Assembly (NCBI GenBank): GCA_051971635.1
Contig: JBFPLN010000001.1
Location: forward strand, 1 to 64,000
DNA length: 64,000 nt
Direction of reading: 5' to 3'
Source of the DNA: Candidatus Atelocyanobacterium thalassae
GTDB taxonomy: Bacteria > Cyanobacteriota > Cyanobacteriia > Cyanobacteriales > Microcystaceae
Notes under the pieces: generated by a model
What the model was told of the DNA's origin: nothing
Seen by the model: the letters and a program-made list of their open reading frames with translations, nothing else
The model's database searches: none
Position numbers and translations under genes: made by a program
Shown here: piece by piece, positions 54,245 through 64,000 of the stretch
How the letters are laid out: each line of letters opens with the position of its first letter
How positions within the stretch are numbered: position 1 is the first letter of the stretch

Positions 54245-54811
54245 ATGAATAAAATTGCCCTATTTGGAACAAGTGCAGATCCTCCTACTGCCGGACATCA
54301 GTCAATTATTTCATGGTTATCATTTCACTATGATAAAGTAGGGGTCTGGGCCTCTAATAATCCTTTCAAGAAACATCAAACTTCTTTGTATCATCGAACA
54401 GCAATGCTGAGATTGTTAATTGAGAATATATATCCATATCGTTGTAATATTCACCTTTCCAAAAGTTTAAGTCACCATAAAAGCCTTATAAGTATTGCTA
54501 GAGCTAAAAATATTTGGGAAAGCCAAGCAAATTATACTTTAGTAATTGGTTCAGATCTGGTGAAGCAAATTTGTCAATGGTATCATGTCGAAAAATTATT
54601 TTCTGAAGTCTCTATTTTAATAGTTCTTCGTTCTGGTTATGTAGTTGACAAGCTAGATCTACAAACATTAAATAAATTAGGAGGAAAATATCAAATTGTT
54701 GATTTAAATGCTCCTGGCATCTCTTCTACTACTTATCGAAAATATAGAGATAAAAATGTACTAATTAAATCTATTCAAGATTACATTATAAAAAAACAAT
54801 TATATATATGA
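54245..54811 (+). CDS. nadD: Nicotinate-nucleotide adenylyltransferase
   Basis: IALFGTSADPPTAGH, NPFK, VIGSDL, ISST. Confidence 0.93.
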   Translation: MNKIALFGTSADPPTAGHQSIISWLSFHYDKVGVWASNNPFKKHQTSLYHRTAMLRLLIENIYPYRCNIHLSKSLSHHKSLISIARAKNIWESQANYTLVIGSDLVKQICQWYHVEKLFSEVSILIVLRSGYVVDKLDLQTLNKLGGKYQIVDLNAPGISSTTYRKYRDKNVLIKSIQDYIIKKQLYI

Positions 54812-54832
54812 TATTTAACAGGTATAAATTAA

Positions 54833-54907
54833 ATGACCTTTAAAAGCTTCATGGTCTTGAGCAAAGATATTATTATTTTTATAAAAAAACTATATCTTAA
54901 AATATAA
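54833..54907 (+). pseudogene. Possible N-terminal relic of NUDIX regulator NrtR
   Basis: 24-codon ORF MTFKSFMVLSKDIIIFIKK at the position where nrtR usually sits; weak resemblance to a recalled FKVGVDNVIF segment. Confidence 0.25.
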
Positions 54908-55064
54908 GTATTAAAAAAAACAAAATAGTTAAATGTAATTCTAATAAATAAATTATTACTAGAGTTATATTTTATACCTAATATTATTGAATAATATTTA
55001 AATTCATATCGATTGACACCAACTATTTAATTTTTTATAAAACCAACATTTAAACTAACCAACT

Positions 55065-56753
55065 ATGAAAATTTTAATTGCTCAGTTAAACCCCATTGTT
55101 GGTGACTTAAAGTATAATGCCAAAAATATTTATAAATCAGCTGTTTTAGCAAAGCAAAGAAAAGTTCAGCTATTGCTAACTCCAGAACTTTCTTTATGTG
55201 GTTACCCCCCAAAAGATCTGGTTTTAAATTCTACTTTTATTGAAAATTCATGGCTAGAATTACAAAAATTAGCAAAAAAGATACCAACAGAACTAGCAGT
55301 TTTGGTTGGGGTTGTTACTAAAAATTATTATTCGAACATTAAAGGAGAGAAACCACTATTCAATAGTGTTGTATTACTTCAAAATAACACTGTTAAACAA
55401 ATTTTTCACAAACGCCTCTTACCAAACTATGATGTGTTTGACGAAAAACGTTATTTTGAACCCGGAAAAATAAGTAGTTTTTTTGAATTGCCATACTCCT
55501 CAGGAGAAAGTCAATTTTCCAGAGTTGGAGTAACGATATGTGAAGATTTATGGAATGATGAAAGCTTTTGGAGGCAAAGAAAGTATAAGCATAATCCTAT
55601 TGAAGATTTAGTTAAATATCAAGTTGATTTTATTGTTAATTTGTCAGCTTCTCCATACGTTATTAATAAGAAAAAAGTTAGAGAATCTATGTTAAAACAT
55701 AGTGCGAAATTGTATCAGACACCTATTATCTATGTTAATCAAGTTGGAGGTAATGATGATTTAATCTTCGATGGTCATAGTTGTGCTACCAATAAAAAAG
55801 GAGATATTATCTTACGTACCAAAGGTTTTCAAATATGTACAGAAGTTATTGAATACAGCCAGAAAACCAACGATCTTAAGGTAAGCTTTAATAAAAATTC
55901 CATAATACCGAAAGAAGAAGAAATTTGGTCAGCGCTAGTATTAGGATTAAGAGATTATGCAATAAAGTGTAGATTCTCAAAAGTAGTCTTAGGTTTAAGT
56001 GGAGGTATTGATTCATCGTTAGTCGCTTCAATAGCAGCCGAAGCACTAGGTCCACAAAATGTTTTAGGAATATTAATGCCTTCTCCCTATAGTTCACAGT
56101 CTTCAATTACTGATGCAAGGAATTTAGCTAAAAATTTAGGTATTAATAGTTATACAATTTCTATTGATAATATTATGTTGGCGTATGACTTTTCATTAAA
56201 ACCACTATTTAAAACATTAACAATTGGAGTTACTGAAGAAAACTTACAATCAAGAATTAGAGGAAATATTCTAATGGCGATTGCCAACAAATTTGGACAT
56301 TTACTACTTTCAACAGGTAATAAATCTGAAATATCTATAGGATACTGTACTCTATATGGAGATATGAATGGTGGTATAGGCGTTATTGCAGATGTTTCAA
56401 AAACTCAGGTTTTTTCTCTTTGTAGTTGGCTTAATAGATCTCAAGAAATTATTCCGATTAATATTCTCACAAAGCCTCCAAGTGCTGAACTAAAGCCTAA
56501 TCAGATAGATCAAGATTCTTTACCTCCTTACGATATTCTGGACAACATACTAAATAGATTTACCAACCATTATCAATCGATTGAAGAAGTTCATAAAGCT
56601 GGCTTTAACTATGATTTGTTATATAAAGTAGCGAAGTTATTTATTCGTGCTGAGTTTAAAAGGAGACAAGCTCCGCCAGGATTAAAGATTACGAATCAGG
56701 CTTTTGGTACTGGATGGAGAATGCCTATCGCAAGTCATTTTGACTTGACTTAG
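55065..56753 (+). CDS. nadE: Glutamine-dependent NAD+ synthetase
   Basis: Nitrilase domain (TPELSLCGYPP, YDVFDEKRYF, ICEDLW) plus LSGGIDS, ENLQSRIRG, TGNKSE, PSAEL. Confidence 0.97.
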   Translation: MKILIAQLNPIVGDLKYNAKNIYKSAVLAKQRKVQLLLTPELSLCGYPPKDLVLNSTFIENSWLELQKLAKKIPTELAVLVGVVTKNYYSNIKGEKPLFNSVVLLQNNTVKQIFHKRLLPNYDVFDEKRYFEPGKISSFFELPYSSGESQFSRVGVTICEDLWNDESFWRQRKYKHNPIEDLVKYQVDFIVNLSASPYVINKKKVRESMLKHSAKLYQTPIIYVNQVGGNDDLIFDGHSCATNKKGDIILRTKGFQICTEVIEYSQKTNDLKVSFNKNSIIPKEEEIWSALVLGLRDYAIKCRFSKVVLGLSGGIDSSLVASIAAEALGPQNVLGILMPSPYSSQSSITDARNLAKNLGINSYTISIDNIMLAYDFSLKPLFKTLTIGVTEENLQSRIRGNILMAIANKFGHLLLSTGNKSEISIGYCTLYGDMNGGIGVIADVSKTQVFSLCSWLNRSQEIIPINILTKPPSAELKPNQIDQDSLPPYDILDNILNRFTNHYQSIEEVHKAGFNYDLLYKVAKLFIRAEFKRRQAPPGLKITNQAFGTGWRMPIASHFDLT

Positions 56754-56876
56754 CTCACAAAGAGATTCTTGCTATTACTTAAAATAAATAGAATCTGAAG
56801 CTATCACTTATTATGACAAAATATATTATGCATATATAAATTATTTTAAGTATTTAATAAGATTCATTCTATAAAA

Positions 56877-57782
56877 TTAGTAAGTGACAAAATCAAGATA
56901 TCCTTGGTCACCATTTATAATGACATTAATTCCTACCGGTAAAATGGCATTAACTTTACCATGCCCAAAAGGCAAGTTTGAGACGATTGGAATATTAAGA
57001 TCTGATAAACGATTACGAAGAACTTCTTCCACAGTCCAAGAAGGGTTTTTGGAGAAAGTATTACATTGGCTAAAACTTCCTAGTACAATTCCGTGAACTT
57101 TATGAAATATTCCCATTAATCTCCATTGCGTTAATATTCTATCTATTTTATAAGGATCCTCTCCAATATCTTCTAGTGCTAAAACAGTTCCGTTAAAAGA
57201 AGGCTGTAATGGAGTTCCCAATAAATGAGTAGCCACAGTTAAATTTGCTGGTAATAATATTCCTTGACTAATTCCACCACCCCAGCCTTCGCCTTTCAAA
57301 GGCGGTAAATTAGAACCTTGAATGTAAGTAAATAATCTTTCGATAGACCAATTAGGCTCATTGCATAATGTAGTTAAAACAGGGCCATGAATACTTTGAA
57401 TATTTATACTAGCTAATTTCCATAATAATACTGTGATATCTGAAAAACCAATGATCCATTTAGGATGTTTCGCAAGTAAGGCATTTAATTGTTTTGTCTC
57501 AAATAATCTAACACAACCATATCCACCTCGAAGTGGCATGATAGCTTTACATTCCGGATTTTGCAAAGCTTCTAACAGATCGCTTAGACGCTGATCATCT
57601 GTACCTGCCAAGTAACCATGACATGCATTCCAGCTTTTACCTAGAACCATATCGTACCCTTTCGAATTCCAAATCTCTATACCTTTTTCTAAACCAGATA
57701 ATTCTATGAAGGGTCCACTGGGAGCAATAATTTGTACAGTATCTCCAGGATTGAGGAAAGATGGAGTTTTAAAAAAATCCAT
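56877..57782 (-). CDS. ldcA: LD-carboxypeptidase (peptidase S66)
   Basis: IIAPSG, LAGTDDQR, RGGYG, IGFSDIT, LEDIGE, PFGH. Confidence 0.92.
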   Translation of the reverse strand: MDFFKTPSFLNPGDTVQIIAPSGPFIELSGLEKGIEIWNSKGYDMVLGKSWNACHGYLAGTDDQRLSDLLEALQNPECKAIMPLRGGYGCVRLFETKQLNALLAKHPKWIIGFSDITVLLWKLASINIQSIHGPVLTTLCNEPNWSIERLFTYIQGSNLPPLKGEGWGGGISQGILLPANLTVATHLLGTPLQPSFNGTVLALEDIGEDPYKIDRILTQWRLMGIFHKVHGIVLGSFSQCNTFSKNPSWTVEEVLRNRLSDLNIPIVSNLPFGHGKVNAILPVGINVIINGDQGYLDFVTY

Positions 57783-57945
57783 AAATATTATTATTTTGCG
57801 TTTTAAAAAAAGTTAGTGTTAAAAAGTTATTTACAAATAAGAAATAGTCTGGCAAATAAAATATGTATAGTTAGAATTTTTGCATATTTTAAAGTAAGAT
57901 AAAATATTTTTTATCTTATTAACGAATTAATGGTAGTAGTATAAT

Positions 57946-58932
57946 TTATACATATCCATTATTTACAAACCAATCGATAGCATCTCGAAGTGAATCTCTA
58001 ATAGGCTTATAAGATATATTAAATTCATTAATAGCTTTAGAAGAATCATAATACATAGGCTTCTTAGACATTCTAACTCCATCTAAAGGAATTTCTGGTT
58101 TCTTTCCCAGAGGAGATAACATATATTCTTCTATCCAGGCAAATGTTAGAGGCAACCATATTGGTAATGTTCTTTTTGGAGCTTTTAATCCAGTAAGAAA
58201 GGATAATTCATCTAACAAAGTTTTTAAACTAAGATTTTCATTACCTAGAATATATCTTTGCCCTGTTTTTCCTTTTTCTAGAGCTAAGATGTGTCCATTA
58301 GCTACATCTCTTACATCAATTAAATTTAAGCCTGTATCCACATAAGCAGGCATTTTACGACGTAAAAATCTTAGAATAATTTCTCCAGTCGGGGTAGGCT
58401 TAATATCAAATGGACCTATTGGAGTACTAGGATTAAGAATAACAATATCTTGACCATTAGCTATAGCTTTATACACCTCTTGTTCTGCCCAGTATTTAGA
58501 TTTTTTATAATGTCCAACAATTTTGTCTACAGGAGCTTGGTATTTTTCATCTACAATTTCTCCTGTCTCTTTTACTCCGATAGCAGCAACAGAACTAGTA
58601 TAAATAATACGTTCAACATTAGCCTTCTTCGCTGCTTTTAAAATTGAGCGAGTTCCCAGTATATTACTGATATAAAGTTGATCTTTATCTGTTTGATATA
58701 GAGAATAGTAAGCAGCAACATGAAATAAAATCTTACATCCTCTTATCTTTTCTGCTAAATTAGTGTCATTAAGGTCACCAAAAACAATATTAATATCTAA
58801 ATTTTTTAGATTATTTAAATTGCTATGTTTGCGAGCTAAAACATAAACTTGATAATTTTTTTGTATTAAAAGTCTAACAAGGTTTGCACCTATAAAGCCT
58901 GTACCACCTGTAACAAATACTTTAATAGCCAT
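57946..58932 (-). CDS. hpnA: Hopanoid-associated sugar epimerase / DFR-like NAD-dependent epimerase
   Basis: FVTGGTGFIG, FHVAAYY, YKKSK, NPSTPIGPFDIKPTPTG, PAYVDTGLN; ATG 58932. Confidence 0.88.
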   Translation of the reverse strand: MAIKVFVTGGTGFIGANLVRLLIQKNYQVYVLARKHSNLNNLKNLDINIVFGDLNDTNLAEKIRGCKILFHVAAYYSLYQTDKDQLYISNILGTRSILKAAKKANVERIIYTSSVAAIGVKETGEIVDEKYQAPVDKIVGHYKKSKYWAEQEVYKAIANGQDIVILNPSTPIGPFDIKPTPTGEIILRFLRRKMPAYVDTGLNLIDVRDVANGHILALEKGKTGQRYILGNENLSLKTLLDELSFLTGLKAPKRTLPIWLPLTFAWIEEYMLSPLGKKPEIPLDGVRMSKKPMYYDSSKAINEFNISYKPIRDSLRDAIDWFVNNGYV

Positions 58933-58982
58933 AATTTTACAAAAAGCAAACAACTTACCTTACAAAGTATAATATCTATTCA

Positions 58983-59678
58983 TTAATATTTTTTAGAATC
59001 TAACCACTGTTCCAGAAGGTCAGGACGACGTTTTTGTGTACGTTGTATTTGTTGTTCTCGTCTCCATCTCGCAATGAGTTTATGATTCCCAGACCTTAGT
59101 ACATCAGGAACATGCATGTTCTTAAAAATGGGAGGATGAGTATATTGAGGATAATCTAATAAGCTGTTGTCAAAACTTTCAGTTTTTAAAGATTCTAATT
59201 TTCCAACAGTTCCAGGTAAAAGGCGAACTACCCCATTGATTAGCGTTAATGCTGGAATTTCTCCACCAGTAAGTATAAAGTCACCTAGTGAAATTTCTTG
59301 ATTAGCTAAGAAACGAATTCTTTCATCAAATCCTTCATAATGCCCGCAAATTAAAATAAGTTGTTCATAATTAGTTGCTAAAGTTTGTAAAGTATTTTGA
59401 GTTAATGGAGAGCCCTGGGGAGATAAAAGAATTATAGATCTTTTGGGTAAAGACTCTAAAGAATTAACTGCTGCAAATATTGGTTCAGGTTTCAATAACA
59501 TGCCTACACCACCGCCATAAGGCTTATCATCAACTTTACGATGGATGTCAGTAGTAAAATGACGAGGATTAACTAAGTTAACTGTTGCAATATTTTTACT
59601 AAGCGCTTTTCCGATAAGCCCAGATTGCAATCCAGATGCAAAGAAATTAGGAAATAAGGTAACAACATCAAACTTCAT
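58983..59678 (-). CDS. trmD: tRNA (guanine-N1)-methyltransferase
   Basis: VDDKPYGGGVGM, CGHYEGFDER, SLGDFILTGGE, LDYPQYT. Confidence 0.97.
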   Translation of the reverse strand: MKFDVVTLFPNFFASGLQSGLIGKALSKNIATVNLVNPRHFTTDIHRKVDDKPYGGGVGMLLKPEPIFAAVNSLESLPKRSIILLSPQGSPLTQNTLQTLATNYEQLILICGHYEGFDERIRFLANQEISLGDFILTGGEIPALTLINGVVRLLPGTVGKLESLKTESFDNSLLDYPQYTHPPIFKNMHVPDVLRSGNHKLIARWRREQQIQRTQKRRPDLLEQWLDSKKY

Positions 59679-60019
59679 AAATAGCCTAAAAACTAAGAAC
59701 TAAAATGTATAAATTATAAATTCGTTTTTGAATATATCTAAAAAATAATAAACCAGATTTATGTTTATAGAAAACTTTCTATCAAATGATTTTTATATTT
59801 CGACTATATATCTATACACTTAAGATATATAGTTTATCCTATCAATTATTTAATTTTTATTTTTTTCTTTGTAAGTTATAATGTTATAGTTGTATTTTGC
59901 TATTTCAACAATATAGAAAGTTAAATATTGATAAATGATTTTTAAAGTCTAAATCTACTTATCAAATTAAAAATAGTTTGTATCAAATACTATATAGTAG
60001 GATCGTGAATGGGTGATCT

Positions 60020-60310
60020 ATGGTAACAGACGTAATAGAAAAAATATCTTTAAATACTTCCACTATTAAAAAACCGGTTCCTATATATAAGGTTCTACTT
60101 CACAATGATGATTTTAATCCTATGGATTATGTAGTTCAAACCTTAATGCAAACAATATCGGGAATGACTCGTCCCCAGGCTGCTGAAATAATGATGGAAG
60201 CTCATATGAACGGAACTGCTCTGGTCATTACTTGTGCCTTCGAACCAGCTGAATTTTATCGCGAGACTCTAAAAAGTTATGGTCTGATTAGCACAATAGA
60301 ACTAGAGTAA
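60020..60310 (+). CDS. clpS: Clp protease adaptor ClpS
   Basis: YKVLLHNDDFNPMDYVV, MMEAHMNG, AEFY. Confidence 0.95.
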   Translation: MVTDVIEKISLNTSTIKKPVPIYKVLLHNDDFNPMDYVVQTLMQTISGMTRPQAAEIMMEAHMNGTALVITCAFEPAEFYRETLKSYGLISTIELE

Positions 60311-60387
60311 CAAAAACTAAAATATTTATTTAAATACCTTCTGAGATATAATTAGTCTATTTAAGACCTAAGCTTAACTATAAACAA

Positions 60388-61206
60388 TTGAAAGTTAATT
60401 ATTCTATAATTTCTAATTACCCAGCACCTTTAAGATTGGGAATTTTTATTGTCTTACTGCTAATCCTTTGGCTACCTACCGCAATTCCATCCTTTTTTTT
60501 ACTTAAAGATGATCTAAATTTAAGAACAATTGTTACGATGAGTTTATTGTATATAAACTTTATTGTCCTGCTTTTTTTTTGGAATAATAAAATACATCAA
60601 GTAAATCATTGGTGGCGCTTATATGGACTAACTGTTTCAAGAAAGAACATAGTAGATTTATGTAATGGATTAAGTATTGGTATTTTTTTTACTTTTGGAT
60701 TATTTATTGTAGAAATGATGCTGGGGTGGGTTGTTTTTGTTAAACCATCACAAAATTTATTCTTACTGGTATTCGAAGGTTTATTTAGTGCTTTTGGAGT
60801 TGCCTTTGCAGAAGAATTACTTTTTAGAGGATGGTTATTAGAAGAGCTAAGGATTAATTATTCTTCTAAAGTTACTTTAATATCCAATAGTCTTATTTTT
60901 GCAATTTTACATTTTTTAAAACCTTTACAAGAAATTATAAGAACTTTTCCTCAGTTTCCTGCTTTATTCTTATTAGGTATTATTTTAGTACAGGCTAAAA
61001 CAAAACATAATAATAGGCTAGGGATTTGCATTGGAATTCATGGAGGATTAGTTTGGGGGTACTATATATTAAATGTAGGAAGAATTATAAAATATACTGA
61101 TGAAGTCTCTTCAATTTTCACAGGAATTGATAATAATCCAATTGCAGGACTTATGGGGCTAATAGGATTATTAATGTTATTTTCTTTGATGAAGTATAAA
61201 AAGTAA
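60388..61206 (+). CDS. CPBP/CAAX intramembrane protease family
   Basis: AEELLFRGW, FAILHF, IGIHGG motifs; TTG start. Confidence 0.9.
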   Translation: MKVNYSIISNYPAPLRLGIFIVLLLILWLPTAIPSFFLLKDDLNLRTIVTMSLLYINFIVLLFFWNNKIHQVNHWWRLYGLTVSRKNIVDLCNGLSIGIFFTFGLFIVEMMLGWVVFVKPSQNLFLLVFEGLFSAFGVAFAEELLFRGWLLEELRINYSSKVTLISNSLIFAILHFLKPLQEIIRTFPQFPALFLLGIILVQAKTKHNNRLGICIGIHGGLVWGYYILNVGRIIKYTDEVSSIFTGIDNNPIAGLMGLIGLLMLFSLMKYKK

Positions 61207-61371
61207 TATTAAGATTTTTATAAAACATGGACTATCTATTAGTCTTTTCAATATGATCTAAAAACAAATTAAAAAATTGGAGCTTTTAATTTTTATTATT
61301 GTATTAATATAATAAGATTAAAGTAAGCATTGTCAATGCAGTTTCTCAAGCTTATCATTAGTTAGTATAAT

Positions 61372-63690
61372 ATGACCCTTCCTCTTCAAGAATCAAAAAA
61401 AACTACATCTTCATCTCTTTTTGAAACAATAACTCTTGATGTAGCAGGTATGAAATGTGCTAGCTGTGTTAAAGCCGTAGAAGAAAAGCTATTAGAACAA
61501 TCTGGAGTAATTACTGCCCAAGTTAATTTAATTACTGAAGTTGCTGTTGTTCAATATAATCCTAAGGCTGCAAAGCCATCATCTTTAACTGAAAAATTAA
61601 AAATAGTAGGTTTTCCATCTAGTGTTCGTACTTCACAAAATCTTACTATTCAGCAGAGGAAACTAAAAAATGACCAACGCCAGAAAAAGGAAGAAACACA
61701 ACAAAAAATTAATCTTTCTATTGCCATTGTTCTAATTCTTATTTCTAGTTTAGGGCACTTAACATATATAGGAGGACCAAATTTTCTTATACTAAATGAT
61801 TTAAGATTTCATTGGATATTAGCTACCATAGCCATTACTATTCCAGGCTTTGATATTTTTCTTGACGGTTGGCGTGGATTAGTTAACGGGATAGCCAATA
61901 TGAATACATTGGTTGGACTGGGAACTTTTAGCGCATATTCAATTAGTTGTATTGCATTAATATTTCCTGAATTAGGTTGGGAATGTTTTTTTGACGAACC
62001 AGTAATGTTATTGGGGTTTATTCTATTAGGTCGCATTTTAGAGAAACGAGCTAAAAACCGTGCTTCGTCAGCCATAGAATCTTTAATTGAACTACAACCT
62101 GCATTAGCTCGCTTAAGCAGCAATCCATTTTTAGAAAATCAATCTAGTATAGAAATTCCTGTTGAGCAAGTTCGCCTAGGAGAATACATAAAAATATTAC
62201 CTGGTGATAAGATTCCTGTAGATGGGAAAATCATTACTGGAGAAACTACAATTGATGAGTCAATAGTAACCGGAGAATCGATGCCTATAGTAAAAAGAAT
62301 AGGTGATGAAGTGTTTGTAGGTACATTAAATCATTCTGGTTTAATCGTTATTGAAACCACTCGCATTGGCAAGAATACAACTTTAGCTCAAATTATTTCT
62401 TCAGTTGAAAATGCTCAAATTACAAAAGCTCCTATTCAAAAATTAACTGATACTATCGCCGGATATTTTGCATACGGAATAATGTCCCTTTCAGTTTTAG
62501 TATTTATATTTTGGCTGGGCATAGGAACCGATTGGTATCCTCAGGTATTGAAAATAAGTCAGCATAGTACGCCATTCTTATTAAGCTTAAAACTATCGAT
62601 CTCAGTTTTAGTTGTTGCGTGTCCTTGTGCTTTAGGATTAGCAACACCTATGGCTATATTAGTAGGAACAGGTATAGGAGCTAAGAAAGGAATATTAATT
62701 AAAAATGGAGATGTTTTAGAGAAAGTTCCTCAACTACATGGAATAGTATTTGATAAAACTGGTACCCTCACTATTGGTCATCCTCTAGTAACTAATTGCA
62801 AATCTTTTGGTATCCTTAGTCCTCAGTCTTTATTGCAATTAGCTGCTACGGTAGAAAGCGGAACTAATCATCCATTAGGTTTAGCAATTATAGAAGAAGC
62901 TAATAGACAAAATTTGTCTTTATTAAGAGCAAAAGATTTCTGTACAAAAATTGGTTCAGGAGTTACCGCCAAAGTTGAAGAAGAAGATATTTGGTTAGGT
63001 AATAAAAGTTGGTTGTTAGATAATGGATTTAAATTTGATTCGATTTCTCATCATGCAGAATCATTTACGAAAAAAACAGAGACTATTATTTATATAGGTA
63101 TAAATAAATCTATAGAAGGTTTTTTAACTTTACAAGACACATTAAGATCGGATACAAAAGAAACTATTGTAGAACTGAAAAAGAAAGGGCTAGAAATCAT
63201 ACTACTAACTGGTGATAATCCAAAAGTTGCTGCAGCAATTGCAACTGAATTAGGAATTAATAAGTTTTTTGCTCAAATTACTCCCGACAAGAAAGCTGTT
63301 ATAATCAAGGACTTGCAAAAGAAAGGAAGAATAGCAATGGTAGGAGATGGTATTAATGATGCCCCAGCTTTGGCTCAGGCAGATATAGGAATCTCTTTAC
63401 AGGGATCTACTCAAATAGCTTTAGAGAGCTCTGATATTGTTTTGATGAGTGGACGCATTTGGGATATCGTAACAGCTTTAGATCTTAGTTTAGCAACATT
63501 TACAAAGATTCGTCAAAATCTTTTATGGGCCTTTGGATATAATACTTTATCGATTCCTCTTGCAGGAGGAGTTTTATTGCCTAGCCTGGGTTTTACTATT
63601 AATCCTGTAATTGCTGCAGCTTTAATGGCTTCCAGTTCTATAATAGTAGTAGCAAATTCTTTATCTCTTCGGTATCAATTCCGTCAATAA
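61372..63690 (+). CDS. ctaA: Cu(I)-translocating P1B-type ATPase, CtaA-like
   Basis: GMKCASC HMA domain, TGES, CPCALGLATP, DKTGT, HP, GDGINDAP. Confidence 0.88.
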   Translation: MTLPLQESKKTTSSSLFETITLDVAGMKCASCVKAVEEKLLEQSGVITAQVNLITEVAVVQYNPKAAKPSSLTEKLKIVGFPSSVRTSQNLTIQQRKLKNDQRQKKEETQQKINLSIAIVLILISSLGHLTYIGGPNFLILNDLRFHWILATIAITIPGFDIFLDGWRGLVNGIANMNTLVGLGTFSAYSISCIALIFPELGWECFFDEPVMLLGFILLGRILEKRAKNRASSAIESLIELQPALARLSSNPFLENQSSIEIPVEQVRLGEYIKILPGDKIPVDGKIITGETTIDESIVTGESMPIVKRIGDEVFVGTLNHSGLIVIETTRIGKNTTLAQIISSVENAQITKAPIQKLTDTIAGYFAYGIMSLSVLVFIFWLGIGTDWYPQVLKISQHSTPFLLSLKLSISVLVVACPCALGLATPMAILVGTGIGAKKGILIKNGDVLEKVPQLHGIVFDKTGTLTIGHPLVTNCKSFGILSPQSLLQLAATVESGTNHPLGLAIIEEANRQNLSLLRAKDFCTKIGSGVTAKVEEEDIWLGNKSWLLDNGFKFDSISHHAESFTKKTETIIYIGINKSIEGFLTLQDTLRSDTKETIVELKKKGLEIILLTGDNPKVAAAIATELGINKFFAQITPDKKAVIIKDLQKKGRIAMVGDGINDAPALAQADIGISLQGSTQIALESSDIVLMSGRIWDIVTALDLSLATFTKIRQNLLWAFGYNTLSIPLAGGVLLPSLGFTINPVIAAALMASSSIIVVANSLSLRYQFRQ

Positions 63691-64000
63691 ACTAGATACT
63701 TTAGTTCGTTAATACTGTTCATTAACTTGATATATTTTCAACAAGGAAACCTGATGAACGTATACTTATTATTATTTTATTGTGCTAAAAACTTTCGTTT
63801 ATTTATTCTTGAATTAACAACGGCTTGTATCTTTTGAAATCTTTGGTAATAATAATTATTAGAATTTAGTGGTAACTCATTATTCTTTACAATAAGATTT
63901 ATAGGTATATAATTTTTTTGCTGCAGTACTTTCAATAAAAACTTCTATACCTACTAACTTTGAAAAAAGAACTTGATATATGTTTTCTCTCGCCACGAAA

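Noticed and set aside
59679..60019. Possible relic of a gene upstream of trmD
   Set aside because: No translatable similarity visible; indistinguishable from a divergent promoter spacer.
11760..61370. NtcA boxes (GTA-N8-TAC) in intergenic regions
   Set aside because: Candidates inspected by eye had the wrong spacing; none supported.
438..62123. About 25 short ORF-track ORFs overlapping real genes (e.g. 530-754, 1061-1297, 8036-8329, 19436-19723, 26730-26996, 34257-34466, 47291-47545, 61809-62123)
   Set aside because: Antisense or alternate-frame shadows of well-identified CDSs; no recognisable motifs or RBS.
1..64000. CRISPR array, IS element, integrase/prophage or defence system
   Set aside because: No regularly spaced repeats and no transposase, integrase, cas or nuclease-like ORFs; the tRNA genes have no adjacent integrase or visible duplicated att site.

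Overview
AT-rich, gene-dense 64-kb chromosomal segment of a genome-reduced unicellular cyanobacterium. Gene content and low GC best fit UCYN-A (Ca. Atelocyanobacterium thalassa, the 'nitroplast') or a close relative of the Crocosphaera/Cyanothece group; this is an inference, not a database match. It holds about 48 housekeeping CDSs (chlP, obgE, tamB, gshB-grxC, two PTPS/QueD genes, curT, petB-petD, cobA/hemD, corC-like, rpiA, rbp, hemC, ybaB, slt, SLH-porin, ftsH3, yggT, ABC exporter, sir, mgtE, aroC, trmH, dapL, rnr, tilS, ccsA, ruvB, GT9, nadD, nadE, ldcA, hpnA, trmD, clpS, CPBP, ctaA) and three tRNA genes (Asp-GTC, Ala-CGC, CAT/probably Ile2). I saw no transposase, prophage, CRISPR array or defence system, and I cannot claim a clearly new multi-gene system. 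The most interesting signals concern genome erosion and possible organelle-like biology: a full-length 1985-aa TamB/TIC236 homolog with a compositionally drifted N-half, probable relics of a GldF/GldG-type ABC locus and of nrtR between nadD and nadE, a CDS whose stop codon lies antisense inside tRNA-Ala(CGC), orphan hairpins and palindromes in divergent intergenic gaps, near-absence of HIP1, and a Cys-rich membrane-anchored orphan ORF. All product calls come from motif or family recognition by eye.
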